The position numbers and the translations under genes are program-made. Of a DNA stretch of 64,000 bases, positions 62,211-64,000 are shown piece after piece (within the stretch, counting starts at the first letter, position 1; each line of letters opens with the position of its first letter). The notes beneath the pieces were generated by a model that was not told the DNA's origin, made no database searches, and was given only the letters and a program-made list of their open reading frames with translations. Source of the stretch: Nitrospirota bacterium (GTDB lineage: Bacteria > Nitrospirota > UBA9217); assembly GCA_963751455.1 (NCBI GenBank), contig CAVVUN010000012.1:1-64000 (forward strand), read 5' to 3'.

Positions 62211-64000
62211 ATGGAAACGACCTATAAAACCGAACTCACCATACTGAACGAGATCAGCAGGATCTCGAACTCGTACATCGATCTTTCCGAGAAGCTCCGG
62301 CGCATCATCGACGTCATAGCACGGGGCATGGGGAAGGACGGCGCCTCCGTGTTCCTGATCGACAGGTCCAGAAAAACGGTCACGCTCACAGCCGCTGTCG
62401 GCCTGAACCAGGAGAGCATCGGGAAAATGAGTTTTCCCATCGGTTCAGGGATTGCGGGCTGGGTCGCCGAACAGAAAGTGCCGCTTGCGCTCGAAGATCC
62501 GTATACCGATCCGCGGTTCCAGTATGTTCCCGAATCGGGGATCGAGAAATTCAAATCCCTGGTTGCAGCGCCCATCATGGATGAAGACAGGTGTCTCGGG
62601 GTCATCTTCGTTCTGTCTCTTTCGACCTGGCAGGCCGTGTCTTCGGAGCTGACGCTGCTGACCACCACGGCGAACCAGCTGAGCGGAGTGATCAAGAGCT
62701 CACAGCTGTTCCAGAGCATCCAGGAAAGGCTGTCCGAGCTGGCCACCATATATGAAATCGGCATGGCGCTCACCTCGACGCTCGACCTCGAGCAGCTGCT
62801 GTCGCTCATTGCCAAAAACAGCACGCAGTCAGTACGCGCGCAGGGCTGCACCATCCGGCTCGTAAACGAGCCCGACGTCGTCTCCCGGACGAGCTACTCG
62901 TCGTTCAGTCCGCTTGACGGAATGATCAGGGAAATGGACGCCCGGATCGGCAAAATCATAACCGAGCGCGTAGTGCGGGAGAAAAAGCCGCTCCTCATAC
63001 AAAATGTCGCGAATGAGCAGTCCCTCGCGCGCGGGGTAAAACTGTCCGCCGGATCCGTGATCAGCGTTCCGCTCATTTTCCATGAAAGGCTGATCGGCGT
63101 CATAACCCTCTATAACCGGGAGGAAGAACAGCCGTTCACGGAAGACGATCTCCAGTTTCTGACGACCGTTGCGAGCAGCGCCGCGGTTGCGGTTGAGAAT
63201 GCGGCGATGTACGAGCGCATGGAGGAGCTGGCAAAGCAGGCTCGCACCCGGGCGCAGGAGCTTTCCATCCTCTATGACATCGGCACCGCAATGAGTGCCA
63301 CGCTCAACCTTGACCGCCTGCTCAGGATCATCCTGACCGCCGCGACGATGGGCGGCACCGGGCTCGGATTCAACCGCGCGATCCTCCTCCTTACGAACGA
63401 GCGCACCAACACGCTCCAGGGCATGATGGGCGTGGGTCCGACCAACTGGGAAGAAGCGGGCCGCGCCTGGAGCGAGGTCGCCAACAGGCATAGAAGCCTG
63501 ATGGAATGGATCCAGACCGGCGAGCTTTTCGAGCACAAGGATTCGGCGCTCAACAACCTGGCGAAGCGGATCCGGATTTTTCTCGACCCCGCCGAGGGAG
63601 TGCTCGCGCTTACCGTGCTCGAGAAACGCGCCTATAACATTACGGATGCGGTCGTAAACCGGCTGGTGCCTGCCTCGCTTCGGAACATCCTCCATGTGGA
63701 GAGTTTTGCGACGGTGCCCCTCGTCGCCAAGGACCGCGTCATCGGCGTCATTCTCGTAGACAACATGTTCAATCAGCGTCCGATCACGGACGGCGACCTG
63801 CGCTTTCTCACTATGTTTGCGCACCAGGCTGCGCTCGCCATTGAAAATGCAGTCATCCATTCGAACCTTGAAACCATGAACAAGGACATGCGGGCAATGC
63901 ACGAGCAGCTCGTTCAGTCCGAAAAAATGGCCGCGCTCGGGGCCATGATGGCCGAGATCACCCACGAGATCAGGAACCCGCTCGTGTCCATCGGCGGCTT
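62211..64000 (+). CDS. Multi-GAF sensor histidine kinase, 3' truncated by the window edge (absent from the ORF track)
   Basis: ATG at 62211 (METTYKTEL...); GAF motifs GIAGWVAE..DPRF, FTEDDLQFL, FAHQAALAIEN; H-box SEKMAALG..EITHEIRNPL at the end. Confidence 0.9.
   Translation, partial: METTYKTELTILNEISRISNSYIDLSEKLRRIIDVIARGMGKDGASVFLIDRSRKTVTLTAAVGLNQESIGKMSFPIGSGIAGWVAEQKVPLALEDPYTDPRFQYVPESGIEKFKSLVAAPIMDEDRCLGVIFVLSLSTWQAVSSELTLLTTTANQLSGVIKSSQLFQSIQERLSELATIYEIGMALTSTLDLEQLLSLIAKNSTQSVRAQGCTIRLVNEPDVVSRTSYSSFSPLDGMIREMDARIGKIITERVVREKKPLLIQNVANEQSLARGVKLSAGSVISVPLIFHERLIGVITLYNREEEQPFTEDDLQFLTTVASSAAVAVENAAMYERMEELAKQARTRAQELSILYDIGTAMSATLNLDRLLRIILTAATMGGTGLGFNRAILLLTNERTNTLQGMMGVGPTNWEEAGRAWSEVANRHRSLMEWIQTGELFEHKDSALNNLAKRIRIFLDPAEGVLALTVLEKRAYNITDAVVNRLVPASLRNILHVESFATVPLVAKDRVIGVILVDNMFNQRPITDGDLRFLTMFAHQAALAIENAVIHSNLETMNKDMRAMHEQLVQSEKMAALGAMMAEITHEIRNPLVSIGG

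Noticed and set aside
60521-63965. Long antisense ORFs (60521-61936, 62829-63965 and similar elsewhere)
   Set aside because: They are shadows of glgA and the plus-strand kinase caused by GC-biased codon usage and carry no recognisable motifs.

Overview
Chromosomal window of a moderately GC-rich diderm bacterium; gene content suggests an anaerobe or microaerophile of Nitrospirota/Desulfobacterota type, but the taxon cannot be confirmed without a 16S search. Positions 1-5.4 kb hold an rRNA operon on the minus strand. Housekeeping genes follow (tyrS, ribF, gap-pgk-tpiA-secG, ABC transporters, hemE-hemH-hemY). A ~23 kb redox/oxygen-response block carries alkA, a frameshifted FAD reductase, USP, phhB-folM-folB-folK-folE, a bacterioferritin-like protein, SOD, an orphan narJ and an ASRT-family gene. 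It also carries an alternative complex III operon with cbb3-type oxidase genes nested inside it. After that come three tandem TA modules, a decayed sulfatase locus, galT-glgA and a GAF histidine kinase that runs off the end. Three IS elements are present. The most distinctive signal is a family of 90-165 bp bipartite palindromes in many intergenic gaps. Their termini match the flanks of a GxxExxY nuclease-like gene. One copy has inserted into a gene with a 5-bp target duplication, and smaller hairpin modules are nested inside these repeats at a recurring register. All coordinates and identities were counted by hand and may be off by a few bases.
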